From positions 1,113,021-1,177,020 of the forward strand of contig CP070780.1 in NCBI GenBank assembly GCA_020346285.1: a stretch of DNA of 64,000 nucleotides. The letters run 5' to 3'. The first letter of the stretch is position 1; every line of letters begins with the position of its first letter. This document shows, piece after piece, positions 37,302 to 46,280 of the stretch. The notes beneath the pieces were generated by a model. That model did not search any database, was not told where the DNA came from, and was given only the letters and a program-made list of their open reading frames with translations. The position numbers were made by a program, and so were the translations under genes. The DNA comes from Candidatus Omnitrophota bacterium. GTDB taxonomy: Bacteria; Omnitrophota; Gorgyraeia; JABMRN01; RBG-13-46-9.

Positions 37302-38372
37302 ATGGGCCTTGTATATGCAAAAATGAAAATATTCCATTTTAAAGACAAAGTAGATTCTCTGTCAATAACAAAAGATGAAATATTGCCTCCCATACAGATA
37401 AGAATCAAACCGACGAATGTCTGCAATCATAACTGTTCCTATTGCTCATACAAGATAGATAACGTACAGATCGGTAAGGACATAGTGGCGAAGGACCGAA
37501 TCCCCAGGGAAAAGATGATGGAAATAATGGATGATATTATTGACATGCAGGTTGAGTGCGTTACCTTTAGCGGGGGAGGGGAGCCGTTCTGCTATCCTTA
37601 TTTGCTTGAGGCCGTTAAGAGGTTGTCCAGTACGCCTGTCAAATTCGCGACCCTGACGAACGGCTCAAAATTAGACGGAGAACTGGCAGAGGTCTTTGCC
37701 CACAAGGCCACATGGCTTAGGGTTTCCATAGATGGGTGGGATGACGAAAGCTATTCTGCCTACAGGGGCGTACCCAAGGGGGAATTCACAAAGGTAATCA
37801 GAAACATAGAGAATTTCAAGAAATATAGAGGAAAATGTTATTTGGGAGCCTGTATAGTTATCGATAAGAAAAACGCCTCTCATGTGTATGAATTGATAGC
37901 GCGGTTAAAAGATAGCGGTATTGACAGCGTCAAGATTGCGCCGTCTATTCTGAGTAATAGCAGTACGGAAATCAATCTATATCACAAACCCATATTTGAA
38001 CAAGTTAAAAGAGAAATTGCTAAAGCATCAGATGAACTTTCAGAGGAAGTGTTTGAGATATTCGACTCATATCATAGCCAGCTCGAAGGCTTTGAAAAAG
38101 GATATACCTGGTGCCCATATCTTCAGATATTGCCTGTTATCGGCGCAGACCTTAATGTATATTCCTGCCACGACAAGGCATATAATCTCGATGAAGGGCT
38201 TATGGGTTCCATTAAAAATCGCCGATTCAAAGATTTTTGGCTTTCGGACAAGAATAAATTTTTTAAAATAGACCCCTCTCGCCATTGCAACCACCATTGT
38301 GTGGTAGATATGAAAAATAGACTTATCCTGGACTATTTGGATGCAGATAAAGGACATTTAGGGTTTGTTTAA
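37302..38372 (+). CDS. radical SAM protein with SPASM/twitch-like C-terminal Cys cluster
   Basis: IRIKPTNVCNHNCSYCSY is a Cx3Cx2C motif. The C-terminus reads C.YLQ....YSCHD...RHCNHHC. Confidence 0.75.
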   Translation: MGLVYAKMKIFHFKDKVDSLSITKDEILPPIQIRIKPTNVCNHNCSYCSYKIDNVQIGKDIVAKDRIPREKMMEIMDDIIDMQVECVTFSGGGEPFCYPYLLEAVKRLSSTPVKFATLTNGSKLDGELAEVFAHKATWLRVSIDGWDDESYSAYRGVPKGEFTKVIRNIENFKKYRGKCYLGACIVIDKKNASHVYELIARLKDSGIDSVKIAPSILSNSSTEINLYHKPIFEQVKREIAKASDELSEEVFEIFDSYHSQLEGFEKGYTWCPYLQILPVIGADLNVYSCHDKAYNLDEGLMGSIKNRRFKDFWLSDKNKFFKIDPSRHCNHHCVVDMKNRLILDYLDADKGHLGFV

Positions 38373-38375
38373 TCG

Positions 38376-40013
38376 ATGAAAAATAATATCAGAGTTCTTC
38401 TAATGACCTCTAAAAGCGATACCCGGGATTTCTATGTAGCCTCGGCGCCGCCACTGGGTTTGTATCGGTTGCAGCATTACATAGCCGGACGGGGAATTAA
38501 GTGTGATGTGTTGGATTTAGGCGTGCAGCGCGAATTAGAGGAAAAATATCTACGCATGGTTGAAGAAGGATTATACGATATCGTGGGCATGAGCGTTACG
38601 CACCGTAACATGATTCCGGAGCTCGAAACCATATGGAAGTTCCGTGTTGCCAGTGAAAAGAGTAAAAAAAGATGTCTATTTATAGCGGGAGGACAAGACG
38701 CGACACTTAACTACAAGCAGTGGCTAAATTCCGGAATTGACCTGATTTTATTAGGTTTTGCCGAAAAAAGTCTATACGAGCTTTGCCTACGGCTTTCAAA
38801 AGGGCAGCATATCGAAACAGGTAAAATGGTCGAAGGGATGGCCGGGTGCGCCGTTCGCAATAGTAATAACCAGATTATTTATCAGCCAAGCGAAATTCTT
38901 ACAGATTCAGAATTCAAGGAGTTTTCGTTTTCTCAGATTATGGAACTGGATATACCCTATGAAATTTACTGGAAAGATTTGGGCAAATTGGACACTGTTG
39001 CCAATTTTCATGAAAACAAATTTGTTGCAAAAACAGTCAGGCTTTATACAGCGAGCCATTGCCCCATGAATTGCGGTTACTGCAGTTCGCGCTCCTTTAT
39101 CCCCGAATCACAAAAGAGAAAGTCTCCGGTTTTTATGCTCTCGGCTTCCGAGGTTCATCAATTAATCGTGCATCACGTAAAAAAATACGGCGCCATGGGC
39201 TTTCTTTTCTGCGAAGACGATTTTATGATTGGGAGCCCGAAGGGAATACAGCGTGTAGTTGATGTATGCCGCCTAATTGCGAGGTCAAAGGAAGACGGCA
39301 CTATTCCAGAAGATACCCTTTTTAACTGTCAAGCGCGAATCGATGATTTTTTGATTAGGAAAGGCCCGAATAAAAAGGTTGTAAATTTGGAAGTTATGGA
39401 CGTTCTGAAGCGTGCGGGATTTCGTGGGTTCGGAATCGGCGTTGAGACATTTTCCGACAGATTGCTTAAGTGTAAGTCGGTTAACAAGTTTGCATACTCT
39501 TACCAGGACTCCCGTTTAGTGCTTGACAGTATGTTAGAAAAGGGACTAAACCCAACGATCAACCTCATATTGGCGATCCCTGAGTCCACGGTAGAAGATA
39601 TGGTTCACTCGATGGAGGTAGCCGTAGAGTATTTCGAGAAGGGATGTCAGATGGCGGTTAGTGCGTTAATGGATTCATTTCCAGGCTCGACGATTCACGG
39701 TACAAAGGATTATCCGGCAACGACGAAAGAATGGAAAAACCCTTATACCAAAGAGATTGTTTCTATCGATGATTACTTTATTCCTAAAAACGATAGGATA
39801 GCCAGTATTACGAGCCGGTTTAGAGAGGTATCCTCTGATGAGCTGGAGAAATTGAAAATTGATGCCTCATGGACGAATTCAGCCGTTCCTAAACCGATTA
39901 CCGGGCTATCTAATTTTATAGGCATTTCAAAATTGCTAGGGAAGCATGATCTGGCTAAGCGCTTCAGGGATGTAACCTACGAGGCATTATGCAAAGAGAC
40001 AATCTTTTCTTAA
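38376..40013 (+). CDS. B12-binding (class B) radical SAM protein
   Basis: The N-terminal domain has LFIAGGQDATLN (GG..T). The radical SAM motif is TASHCPMNCGYCSS. Confidence 0.8.
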   Translation: MKNNIRVLLMTSKSDTRDFYVASAPPLGLYRLQHYIAGRGIKCDVLDLGVQRELEEKYLRMVEEGLYDIVGMSVTHRNMIPELETIWKFRVASEKSKKRCLFIAGGQDATLNYKQWLNSGIDLILLGFAEKSLYELCLRLSKGQHIETGKMVEGMAGCAVRNSNNQIIYQPSEILTDSEFKEFSFSQIMELDIPYEIYWKDLGKLDTVANFHENKFVAKTVRLYTASHCPMNCGYCSSRSFIPESQKRKSPVFMLSASEVHQLIVHHVKKYGAMGFLFCEDDFMIGSPKGIQRVVDVCRLIARSKEDGTIPEDTLFNCQARIDDFLIRKGPNKKVVNLEVMDVLKRAGFRGFGIGVETFSDRLLKCKSVNKFAYSYQDSRLVLDSMLEKGLNPTINLILAIPESTVEDMVHSMEVAVEYFEKGCQMAVSALMDSFPGSTIHGTKDYPATTKEWKNPYTKEIVSIDDYFIPKNDRIASITSRFREVSSDELEKLKIDASWTNSAVPKPITGLSNFIGISKLLGKHDLAKRFRDVTYEALCKETIFS

Positions 40014-40028
40014 AAGGGGGGCTATTAT

Positions 40029-41243
40029 ATGAACAATGGTAAATTAGCTATCTATGGCGGGCCAAAGATAAGAAAAAAACCCTTGCCATATCGGAAGCTT
40101 TTTGACGAAGAGGAATTGGAAAACGTGAAGAGGGTTTTTAAGGACAGTTGGCGGGAGGGGGTTGATTTCGGCTATCAGGGTAAATACGAGAAACTGTATA
40201 CAGACAAATTTTGCGATTTTCAAGGCGGCGGATTCGCTGATGCGGTATCTTCAGGAACAGCAGCCGTCTATCTTGCGTTAAAGGCTTTCGATATTGAACC
40301 CGGAAACGATGTCATTGTCTCTCCTGTTACCAATCCCGGTAGTGTTACTCCTGCTGTAATCCAGGGCATGAACATCGTCATTGCGGATTCCGCGCCGGAT
40401 AGTTTTAACATCGGGCCGGATGAATTTGAAAAAGCGTTAACTTCCGATACCCGCGCCGCAATTTTAACCCATCTGGGCGGGCAACCTATTGATATAGAGC
40501 CGATAATAGAAATAGCAAAGTCAAGGGGCATCAAGGTAATCGAAGATTGCTCACAGGCTCACGGCGCGTTATACAAGGGAGAAAGAGTTGGGCGTTTTGG
40601 GGATATCGCTGCTTCTTCGACCATGTTTTCGAAAACCCTTGCCACCGGAGGATGCGGGGGCCTTGTCTATATGCAGAACGAAGATTACTATTGGTTAATC
40701 CGTTCCCTGGCCGACAGGGGTAAGCATTTTCGCCTTCCCGACTTTGATTTTAGGGATACCGGCCAATGCCTGTTCCCGGCCTTGAATTTTAATCTCGATG
40801 AGCTATCCTGCGCCATCGGCCTTTCGATTCTTTCCCGATTACAGAGCATTATAGATAAGCGCCTTGAAATAACAGCTAAGATAGATACTTCCCTTGAGGC
40901 GTCGTCAGTGGTATTTCCCTGCCGAAGCCGGGACGATTGCAAACCGTCCCCCTTCTTTCATACTGTTGGGGTTGCCGTTGACAAGCTGAAGGTATCAAAA
41001 AAGGAGTTCGCAAAAGCTGTCGCCGCGGAGGGCATTTGGATTAATCCTCACTATAGCCAACTTGTCTCCGAGTGGAAGTGGTTGCATAAATACGTGAAAA
41101 ATGGCTTGAAGACACCCAACGCCAGACGCTTCAGGGATAGGACATTTAATCTCCTATTTAATGAGAAGTTTTCAGATGGCGAAGTCGAAGATATAATTTC
41201 GAGCGTAGTTAAAGTTGAATCGTTTTTTAAAAAAGATCGATGA
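40029..41243 (+). CDS. DegT/DnrJ/EryC1/StrS-family PLP-dependent sugar aminotransferase
   Basis: GKLAIYGGPKIRKKPLP...; ADAVSSGTAAVYLALKAF; IEDCSQAHGALYKGERVGRFGDIAASSTMFSKTLATGGCGGLV. Confidence 0.8.
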   Translation: MNNGKLAIYGGPKIRKKPLPYRKLFDEEELENVKRVFKDSWREGVDFGYQGKYEKLYTDKFCDFQGGGFADAVSSGTAAVYLALKAFDIEPGNDVIVSPVTNPGSVTPAVIQGMNIVIADSAPDSFNIGPDEFEKALTSDTRAAILTHLGGQPIDIEPIIEIAKSRGIKVIEDCSQAHGALYKGERVGRFGDIAASSTMFSKTLATGGCGGLVYMQNEDYYWLIRSLADRGKHFRLPDFDFRDTGQCLFPALNFNLDELSCAIGLSILSRLQSIIDKRLEITAKIDTSLEASSVVFPCRSRDDCKPSPFFHTVGVAVDKLKVSKKEFAKAVAAEGIWINPHYSQLVSEWKWLHKYVKNGLKTPNARRFRDRTFNLLFNEKFSDGEVEDIISSVVKVESFFKKDR

Positions 41244-41264
41244 CAGAGAGCGAAGAAGTATTAG

Positions 41265-42374
41265 ATGATATCAGATAAAGATTTATATAGCCAGAATAAA
41301 TTGCTACAACATTTAGAGAGATTACTTATGTGGAAGAGGGAAGGATTCGCGCACCCTATTTTTATAGACCTTGATCTTACGAATAGATGCAACAATAGAT
41401 GCCCTTTATGCGTTACTTCTCAAAATAGAGATCAAACAACAATGCCTTTCGGGCTTGCGAAAGATGTTATTTCACAACTTAAAAGTATGAATGTAAAGGC
41501 CATTCTGTTAGTCGGAGGCGGTGACCCTACCTGTCACCCTAATCTGGGGGAGGTAATAAGATTCATAAAACGAAAAGGTTTAGAAGTCGCGATCAATACC
41601 AACGCATATAAGATATCAAAAGATACTATAAAGACTATAGTTCGCTGTTGCGCATGGGTAAGAATAAGTTTAGACGCTGGCACCCCGGCAATTTATAAAA
41701 AAACACACGCTATGAATAAAAAAGCATTTTATCAGGTTGTGGACAACATATCTAATTTAGTTGACGAAAAACGAAAGCGTAAACGTAATATAGTTCTCGG
41801 AGCTACGTATCTAATCGGCCCCCATACTATAGAGGGGATATATGATGCAGCGCGGTTATGCAAAAAAATAGGCCTTGATAAGTTAAGATACAGGTTGTTT
41901 GAGCCGGAGATTGACGGTACAGAAATCAGCCTATCCAAGGACGAAAGAAAAAAAGCCGCGCCTGTAAGGCCGTGGAGCTTCACAAAAAAAGAAAAAGAAA
42001 ACATGTTTAACGAGCTGAAGAGGTGTAAAGAATTTGAAGATGAATATTTTTCATTCTCCTATTCCGAAGATAGATTTGAAGCAGTAATAAAAGGAAAATC
42101 ACGTAGTTGTAAAAGGTGCCATATCACCCACTTTATTACGTCCATAACCCCTGACCTCAAAGTATACCCTTGTCCTTATCTAAAAAACATTGAAAAATAT
42201 TGTTTAGGAGATCTGACAAAAGAGAATTTTAAAGAAATATGGTTTTCTGATAAACGGAAGAAAACTTCTGAAAAAATAAATGTCGAAAGGTGTTTCCACT
42301 CTTGCAAATATGAAAAACAAAACGAATTATTGCACAATATAAAAAAAGCAATGTTTCATCCGAATTTTTTATAA
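41265..42374 (+). CDS. radical SAM protein with SPASM-like C-terminal Cys-rich domain
   Basis: IDLDLTNRCNNRCPLCV is the radical SAM motif. The C-terminus reads CKRCHITHF...YPCPY...YC...C.HSCKY. Confidence 0.75.
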   Translation: MISDKDLYSQNKLLQHLERLLMWKREGFAHPIFIDLDLTNRCNNRCPLCVTSQNRDQTTMPFGLAKDVISQLKSMNVKAILLVGGGDPTCHPNLGEVIRFIKRKGLEVAINTNAYKISKDTIKTIVRCCAWVRISLDAGTPAIYKKTHAMNKKAFYQVVDNISNLVDEKRKRKRNIVLGATYLIGPHTIEGIYDAARLCKKIGLDKLRYRLFEPEIDGTEISLSKDERKKAAPVRPWSFTKKEKENMFNELKRCKEFEDEYFSFSYSEDRFEAVIKGKSRSCKRCHITHFITSITPDLKVYPCPYLKNIEKYCLGDLTKENFKEIWFSDKRKKTSEKINVERCFHSCKYEKQNELLHNIKKAMFHPNFL

Positions 42375-42392
42375 AAGGTGTATAAGAGGTGC

Positions 42393-42443
42393 ATGAAAAC
42401 CCGGGATTTTTTACGAAAAATTTTGGCAATGTTAACCGTTCCC
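42393..42443 (+). repeat. 51-nt direct repeat (left copy): a duplicated 5' gene fragment
   Basis: ATGAAAACCCGGGATTTTTTACGAAAAATTTTGGCAATGTTAACCGTTCCC has 47 of 51 identities to 43333-43383, the true start of the gene at 43333. It sits in an intergenic spacer and forms a 30-codon dead-end ORF. Confidence 0.7.
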
Positions 42444-42474
42444 ACAACCGAAATGTTACCAAACAGGAGAAATT

Positions 42475-43230
42475 ATGAAAGACAAAATGAGTGATTTTAG
42501 GAGCAGCAGCCCACAGGAGCTTGCTATCAGAAGAAAATTCTTGGAACATTATAAAAAAAGTCCCATTCCTGATGATCAGCTCTTTGTAAACCTCGGGCTT
42601 TTTCTGAACACCAAAAATTTATCTCGAATCTTATTTATGAATGATATATACAAACAAATTATTGATGTTCAAGGGATTATTGTTGAATTTGGTACAAGAT
42701 GGGGTCCAAACCTGTCACTTTTTGCTGCTTTGCGAGGAATTTATGAGCCATATAACATACAGAGAAAAATAGTTGGATTTGATACGTTTGAAGGATTTCC
42801 AGGCCTATCAGAAAAAGACAGCTCTAGTGATATGATGAAAATAGGTAATCTTTCCTGTTCAGAAGGATATGTTGATTATCTTACAAAGGTGATGGAATTC
42901 CAAGAAGCTGATAATCCTGTCTCACACATCAAGAAATTTGAGATAAGAAAGGGAGATGCAAACATTGAAGTGGTGAAATATCTTGAAGAAAACCCGGAAA
43001 CGATTATTGCTTTGGCTTTTTTTGATTTCGACATTTACGAACCGACTAAAAATTGTTTGCAAGCTATAAAACCCCACTTGGTAAAAGGGAGTTTATTGTG
43101 TTTTGATGAATTGAATGCCCATAGTGCCCCGGGAGAAACTATAGCATTGAAAGAGGTATACGGACTTAATAATATAAAGTTACGACGGCCCCGCTACACC
43201 ACGAGAGTATCGTACTTTATTATAGAATAA
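42475..43230 (+). CDS. TylF/MycF-family (macrocin-O-methyltransferase-like) SAM-dependent sugar O-methyltransferase
   Basis: QGIIVEFGTRWGPNLSLFAAL...KIVGFDTFEGFPG matches the TylF family core (G.(I/V)VE.G(V/T).(R/W)G.S......GRtvw.yDsFeGlP). Confidence 0.75.
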   Translation: MKDKMSDFRSSSPQELAIRRKFLEHYKKSPIPDDQLFVNLGLFLNTKNLSRILFMNDIYKQIIDVQGIIVEFGTRWGPNLSLFAALRGIYEPYNIQRKIVGFDTFEGFPGLSEKDSSSDMMKIGNLSCSEGYVDYLTKVMEFQEADNPVSHIKKFEIRKGDANIEVVKYLEENPETIIALAFFDFDIYEPTKNCLQAIKPHLVKGSLLCFDELNAHSAPGETIALKEVYGLNNIKLRRPRYTTRVSYFIIE

Positions 43231-43238
43231 AGCGTTAC

Positions 43239-43332
43239 TATAACCCTGGGCGCTTACAGGGACGAACGGAGAGAAAGGAAACGATTGTCACTTTATGACC
43301 GCCGAATATCTAAATTTGAAGGAGAAAAACAG
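43239..43332 (+). pseudogene. relic of a methyltransferase 3' end (homologous to the end of the gene at 29073-29759), internally deleted
   Basis: 43239-43278 matches 29579-29618, and 43288-43332 matches 29711-29755, both at high identity. About 90 nt of intervening sequence is missing and no upstream gene body is present. Confidence 0.6.
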
Positions 43333-43383
43333 ATGAAAAGCCGGGATTTTTTACGAAAAATATTGGCAATGTTGACCATTCCC
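43333..43383 (+). repeat. 51-nt direct repeat (right copy), part of the functional gene start
   Basis: ATGAAAAGCCGGGATTTTTTACGAAAAATATTGGCAATGTTGACCATTCCC is the partner of 42393-42443. A related start (ATGAAAAATCAGGATTTTTTAATAAAAATATTGG) occurs at 29756. Confidence 0.7.
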
Positions 43384-44505
43384 GCAGTACTTGTAATACG
43401 GATATTGCGGCCGTTCGTGCTAATCCGTTTTGGAAAACTCCTTAGCGATAGAATAGGTCATTTTGCCATCAATACAGAAGAATATCTGTGCGAGAAGGAT
43501 GCGGGCATGTACGGCCGGCGAATCTTTGATATTTTTTATACCGTTAAACCAATTTGCAATCAACAGTTGAAAAAGATGTGGAGCCGCATACTGCACATTT
43601 CCAAGATTGCGCATTTTTTTGATATTGCCAATAGATGCTTACCGGGATATGAGGACCATTCGGTTTCCTTGCTAGGGCTTATGGATGTTCATGGTCTCTT
43701 TGTGCGTACCGCGCCGCATCTTTCTTTTACCCCAAAAGAGGAACGTATGGGGCTTGATGGGCTCCGGAAGATGGGCATACCTGAAGGCGTTCCTTTTGTC
43801 TGTTTTCATGCACGCAATCAGGCTTACCTGGAAACCGTGTATCCGAAAGCGGATTGGCACAGTCACAGCCACCGTAATTCGGACATTTATAATTATATCC
43901 CGGCAGTAGAAAAATTAGTAAATAGGGGGTATTTTGCTATTAGGATGGGTGCTGTTGTAAAAAAGAAATTGAATAACAATAACCCAAGGATTATCGATTA
44001 TGCCGTAAATCACAGGACAGATTTTCTTGACATATACCTCTTGGCTAAATGCAAATTTCTTATTAATAACGAGGCAGGTATTCATGGCGTATCCGTGATT
44101 TTCAGGAGACCGGTGGTTGAGGCAAATATCGTCCACATTGACCCCCCAAATCTCATCAAAGGGGAAAATAGTTTATTTATCTTAAAAAAATTATGGTCGC
44201 GAAGAAAAGGTCGCTTTTTGACTTTTAAAGAAATACTCAACACCGGCATAGGAAAATTTTCTACAGCCCAACAATATGAAAAGTCCCAAATAGAGTTAAT
44301 AGAGAACACACCGGAAGAAATCAGCGCTGTTTCCATGGAGATGGATGAGCGATTGAAGAATACATGGCAGACGACCGAAAAAGATGAGCAGTTGCAGCAG
44401 CAATTTTGGGCAATACTTAAGCCAATCTGCCCTAATGAAAATGGAATAATTTTTCCACGACTTGGCGCAGAATTTTTGCGCCAGAATAAAGAATTGTTAA
44501 AGTAG
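43333..44505 (+). CDS. hypothetical protein (about 390 aa), possibly a glycosyl/sugar-modifying transferase; no recognisable motif
   Basis: The ORF has a consistent reading frame. I prefer the ATG at 43333 (AAGGAG RBS) over the caller's TTG at 43285. Function cannot be assigned from sequence alone. Confidence 0.4.
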   Translation: MKSRDFLRKILAMLTIPAVLVIRILRPFVLIRFGKLLSDRIGHFAINTEEYLCEKDAGMYGRRIFDIFYTVKPICNQQLKKMWSRILHISKIAHFFDIANRCLPGYEDHSVSLLGLMDVHGLFVRTAPHLSFTPKEERMGLDGLRKMGIPEGVPFVCFHARNQAYLETVYPKADWHSHSHRNSDIYNYIPAVEKLVNRGYFAIRMGAVVKKKLNNNNPRIIDYAVNHRTDFLDIYLLAKCKFLINNEAGIHGVSVIFRRPVVEANIVHIDPPNLIKGENSLFILKKLWSRRKGRFLTFKEILNTGIGKFSTAQQYEKSQIELIENTPEEISAVSMEMDERLKNTWQTTEKDEQLQQQFWAILKPICPNENGIIFPRLGAEFLRQNKELLK

Positions 44506-44519
44506 GAAGGAATATAAGA

Positions 44520-46280
44520 TTGAAGGCTTTAACTTTTATTCGTGATATCTTCAGAAAATATCCCACATTAGTTACAGTTACAACGGTACTGGTAGTTTTT
44601 GTTAGTGTAGTTGAGGCGGCTTGTCTTTTTACCGTTGGCCCGCTTGTTGATGTTTTAATTCATCCTGCTCTCGAGAACATCAGCCCTCTTACCCAAAAGG
44701 TAATGAACGTTATGCAATTTTTTGATATTCCACTGGTATTAAAAAGCTGCTTAATTGTTTTTATTGTATTTGTCATTTTAAGCAGCGCTTTGCGTATCTT
44801 GGTGCGGTATTCTATTTTGAGTATTAAATATATCGTGCTTCGCGATCTTACGGTTGGAACATTTAGTGATTTTTTCCACGCGAGGTGGTATTTTTTTAGC
44901 AGCAGTGGACAGGGCAAACTTTTAAATACTTTCCTGCGCGAACTTAATATTGTAGCCGAGGCCTTCAGGGCAGTAGCATATTTTTTTGCGGGGACCTTGC
45001 AATTAATTTTTTATCTGGCAATTCCGTTTTATATCTCCTGGCAAGTGACGAGCATTAGCCTTATGAGCGCAATTTTACTTTCCTGCCCCTTTATTTTACT
45101 CGGGAAAATCTGCTATTGGTTAGGTAAATTGAATACCGAGACAAGCAATCGGCTAGCCGCCCTCATACAGGAGAACTTTACATTAGCCAAAGTTGTTCTG
45201 GGCTTTGGCAAGCAAGAAAAAAGCATTGATAATCTTGCTTCTACTTTTGATGTTCATCGCAAAATAACCGTTAAGAGCCAGACAATTAACTTAGCCATAC
45301 CAATTCTTTATCGCCCGCTTGGCGTGGCGGTATTAGCTGCGGCCATTATTTCGGCGCAATGGTTCAAAATTCCCATTTCAGAAATGGCAGTATTGCTATT
45401 GGCATTGCTGCAGGTTGTTGTCTCTATAGGTAATTTGATAATGCGAAAAAATTCACTGGATAACTCCCTTCCCAGCTATGAACAGGTCAATGATTTACAA
45501 CGTAAAGCAAAAGAATGGAAGCAAGCCACGGGCGGTAAAATATTTTCGGGGTTTAATAAAGAAATAATTATTGAAGGTGTTTCGTTTGCCTACCCGGGGC
45601 ATGAGCCGGTGTTAAAGGACATTAATGTTAAAATTCCGAAGGGAAAAATGATTGCCTTTGTTGGTAAATCAGGCGCGGGAAAATCAACGCTGATTGACAT
45701 GATTATGGGATTTAACGAATTTATAACCGGGCGAATTACATTTGATGGCGTGAATATCGAAGAATTTAACGTCAGTTCATATCGTAAGCGCATCGGTTAC
45801 GTACCTCAGGACAGCATTCTTTTTAATATGACTATTAGAGATAACTTGCTCTGGGCCAAGGAAGATGCTACCCAAGAGGAGATCAAGTATGCTTGCCGCC
45901 AGGCAAACGCAGATGAGTTTATAGAAGCATTTTCGCATGGGTACGATACATTAGTGGGGGACCGTGGTATTCGCCTGTCAGGTGGCCAGTGCCAAAGGGT
46001 AGCATTGGCCAGAGCGATATTAAGGAGACCCGAGCTTCTTATTCTGGATGAAGCTACCAGTTCTCTGGATAGCCGTTCCGAACGATTGATCCAAGAGGCC
46101 ACTGAAAATATTGCCAAGGAAACCACGGTTATTGTCATTGCGCATCGCCTTTCCACGATTGTAAATGCGGATTATATGTATGTAATGGAAAAAGGAAGGA
46201 TAGTCGAACAAGGGATATATTCTGACCTGGTTAAAATGAACGGCCATTTTAACCGTATGGTAAAACTTCAGGTATTGTAA
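44520..46280 (+). CDS. ABC transporter, fused permease/ATPase exporter (MsbA/PglK-like)
   Basis: The N-terminal half has six predicted TM segments. The ATPase has Walker A (GKSGAGKST), the ABC signature (LSGGQCQRVALARA) and Walker B (ILILDEATSSLD). Confidence 0.85.
   Translation: MKALTFIRDIFRKYPTLVTVTTVLVVFVSVVEAACLFTVGPLVDVLIHPALENISPLTQKVMNVMQFFDIPLVLKSCLIVFIVFVILSSALRILVRYSILSIKYIVLRDLTVGTFSDFFHARWYFFSSSGQGKLLNTFLRELNIVAEAFRAVAYFFAGTLQLIFYLAIPFYISWQVTSISLMSAILLSCPFILLGKICYWLGKLNTETSNRLAALIQENFTLAKVVLGFGKQEKSIDNLASTFDVHRKITVKSQTINLAIPILYRPLGVAVLAAAIISAQWFKIPISEMAVLLLALLQVVVSIGNLIMRKNSLDNSLPSYEQVNDLQRKAKEWKQATGGKIFSGFNKEIIIEGVSFAYPGHEPVLKDINVKIPKGKMIAFVGKSGAGKSTLIDMIMGFNEFITGRITFDGVNIEEFNVSSYRKRIGYVPQDSILFNMTIRDNLLWAKEDATQEEIKYACRQANADEFIEAFSHGYDTLVGDRGIRLSGGQCQRVALARAILRRPELLILDEATSSLDSRSERLIQEATENIAKETTVIVIAHRLSTIVNADYMYVMEKGRIVEQGIYSDLVKMNGHFNRMVKLQVL

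Noticed and set aside
43285-43332. The caller's ORF start at 43285 (MSLYDRRISKFEGEKQ...), and the analogous N-terminal extension at 29669.
   Set aside because: These N-terminal extensions are translations of the methyltransferase 3' end or relic in an alternative frame. The conserved ATG (43333 and 29756, respectively) with an upstream RBS and the repeated ATGAAAA..GGATTTTTTA start module is the credible initiation site.
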